64,000 bases of DNA from Terriglobia bacterium (GTDB taxonomy: Bacteria > Acidobacteriota > Terriglobia > JAJPHL01 > JAPKYU01), in assembly GCA_965206645.1 (NCBI GenBank), contig CBDBKE010000004.1, forward strand, positions 736,001 to 800,000, in the 5' to 3' direction. The translations under genes were made by a program, and so were the position numbers. Each line of letters begins with the position of its first letter. The stretch's first letter is position 1. The notes beneath the pieces are model-generated. The model did not search any database and had not been told where the DNA came from. It saw only the letters and a list, made by a program, of their open reading frames with translations. Positions 62,656-64,000 of this stretch are shown in pieces.

Positions 62656-63896
62656 GGAGATTCTGAGCGGGAGCGCTTCCTGCCCCGCAGGCCACCGGCA
62701 AGCTGGACAGCGTCGAAGCCGAAGCGATCACGCACCCGGTCGGCTGCTTCCAGCGCCTGCTCCCATTTCCGCCGCCGATCCGCATCCAGCAAGCTCATTT
62801 GCCCCGGGCGATGGTCCAAGGCGCTGGCCTGCACCCCGAGCAGCCGCACCGGCCGCCCATTCCAGGCGGCGCGGAACAGCTCCGAAGTGGTGCGAAACAG
62901 GTCGCCGTCCAGGTCGGTGGCTTGCGGCAGGGTGCGCGCCCGGGTCAGGGTGCGAAAATCGGAATAGCGCAGTTTCAGCGTCACCGTCCGGGCGAACAGT
63001 TGGTTCTCCCGCAAGCGGTGGCACACCATTTGCGAAAGCTCGGAAAGCGTGGCCAGCAGCCGCTCGCGGTCAGCGGTGTCCTCCGAGAAGGTCGTCTCAT
63101 GGCCGATGGACTTGGCATCTTCCAATTCGCCAACCTCACCCTCAAACCAGCCGCCGGCATCCTGCCCGGACGACTGGCGGAACAGCGCGGCTCCATGCTT
63201 GCCCAAAACTTCCTCCAGTAACTCGGCACCGGCCCGAGCCACATCGGACACGGTAGCCAGTCCCAGTTGCCGCAAGCGCTTCTCGGTCACCTTGCCGACA
63301 CCGGGAATTTTGCGCACCGGCAAGGGAGCCAGGAAACGCGCCTCTTTCCCGGGATGGATCGCCAACAGCCCTTTGGGCTTCGCCAGCTCGGAGGCAACTT
63401 TGGCTACCAGCCGCGACGTGGCCACCCCGATTGAGCAAGGGAGCCGGGTCTCGCGCCACACCTGCTGGTGCAACTTTGCCGCAGCTTCGAGCGGCTGTCC
63501 CCAGAGGCGCTCGCTCCCGCTCAGGTCCAGGTAGGCTTCGTCAATGGAGACCATCTCCACCCGCGGCGAGAAGGTTTGGAAGATGCGCTGGATCTTCTCG
63601 GAAGCCTCCCTGTAGCGCTCCGGGTGCCCGGGAAGAAAAGTCGCCTGCGGACAGAGCCGAAAGGCACGCGCCAGCGGCATTGCCGAATGGATCCCGAAGG
63701 GGCGCGCGGCGTAGGAGGCAGCTGCCACCACGCCACGCGGCGCCGTCCAGCGGCGGTTACGCCACACCAGTTCGCCACCCACGACCACCGCCTTGCCTTT
63801 CAGGCTGGGGTCGAACAGTTCTTCCACCGAGACGAAGAAGGCGTCCATGTCCACGTGGAGAATGGTACGGGGAGACAGACCGGTTACGGCTGGCAT
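62652..63896 (-). CDS. dinB: DNA polymerase IV
   Basis: HVDMDAFFVSVE, SYAAR, SIDEAYLD, KVASELAKPKG. Confidence 0.95.
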   Translation of the reverse strand: MPAVTGLSPRTILHVDMDAFFVSVEELFDPSLKGKAVVVGGELVWRNRRWTAPRGVVAAASYAARPFGIHSAMPLARAFRLCPQATFLPGHPERYREASEKIQRIFQTFSPRVEMVSIDEAYLDLSGSERLWGQPLEAAAKLHQQVWRETRLPCSIGVATSRLVAKVASELAKPKGLLAIHPGKEARFLAPLPVRKIPGVGKVTEKRLRQLGLATVSDVARAGAELLEEVLGKHGAALFRQSSGQDAGGWFEGEVGELEDAKSIGHETTFSEDTADRERLLATLSELSQMVCHRLRENQLFARTVTLKLRYSDFRTLTRARTLPQATDLDGDLFRTTSELFRAAWNGRPVRLLGVQASALDHRPGQMSLLDADRRRKWEQALEAADRVRDRFGFDAVQLAGGLRGRKRSRSESP

Positions 63897-64000
63897 GGTT
63901 CACCTTGCCCGGCGCGCGGAGATGACTCGGAGGTTTCCAGCTAAGTCTCGCTGGAACTGCACCTGGTCCCACTCCGCGCTCAGCAGCGAGCCAACTGCGT

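Noticed and set aside
61531-62967. Long antisense ORFs (also 9497-10708, 14678-15688, 48705-49745)
   Set aside because: Shadow or alternate frames of well-supported GC-rich genes.

Overview
GC-rich bacterial chromosomal segment, most likely Acidobacteriota (inferred from two large surface proteins ending in a Solibacter-type C-terminal domain and from overall gene content). Most of it is housekeeping backbone: ispG, ftsY-ribD-ribE, yggS, tmk-holB, accD-folC-plsC, rplU-rpmA-obgE-nadD-rsfS...rlmH-cobO, dinB-cca. Several genes carry single-base frameshifts or exact tandem duplications, so some consensus errors are likely. Most striking are two copies (about 22246-30860 and 56229-57819, opposite orientation) of a non-autonomous element. 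Both have ~20-bp terminal inverted repeats and conserved subterminal DNA, and each end carries a 28-bp 11+6+11 tyrosine-recombinase-type site. The large copy has three more such sites that separate individual cargo genes (SBBP surface protein, aldo/keto reductase, globin plus cytochrome P460), resembling a gene-cassette array inside a transposon shell. Neither copy encodes its own transposase or recombinase. Nested in the large copy, an IS1380 element has made an ISEcp1-like transposition unit carrying the 5' end of a C5 DNA methyltransferase gene and split the P460 gene (5-bp target duplication ATACA). The window also has an IS3 element truncating a subtilase and a ~570-bp array of an 18-bp repeat. 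No rRNA, tRNA or CRISPR array was seen.
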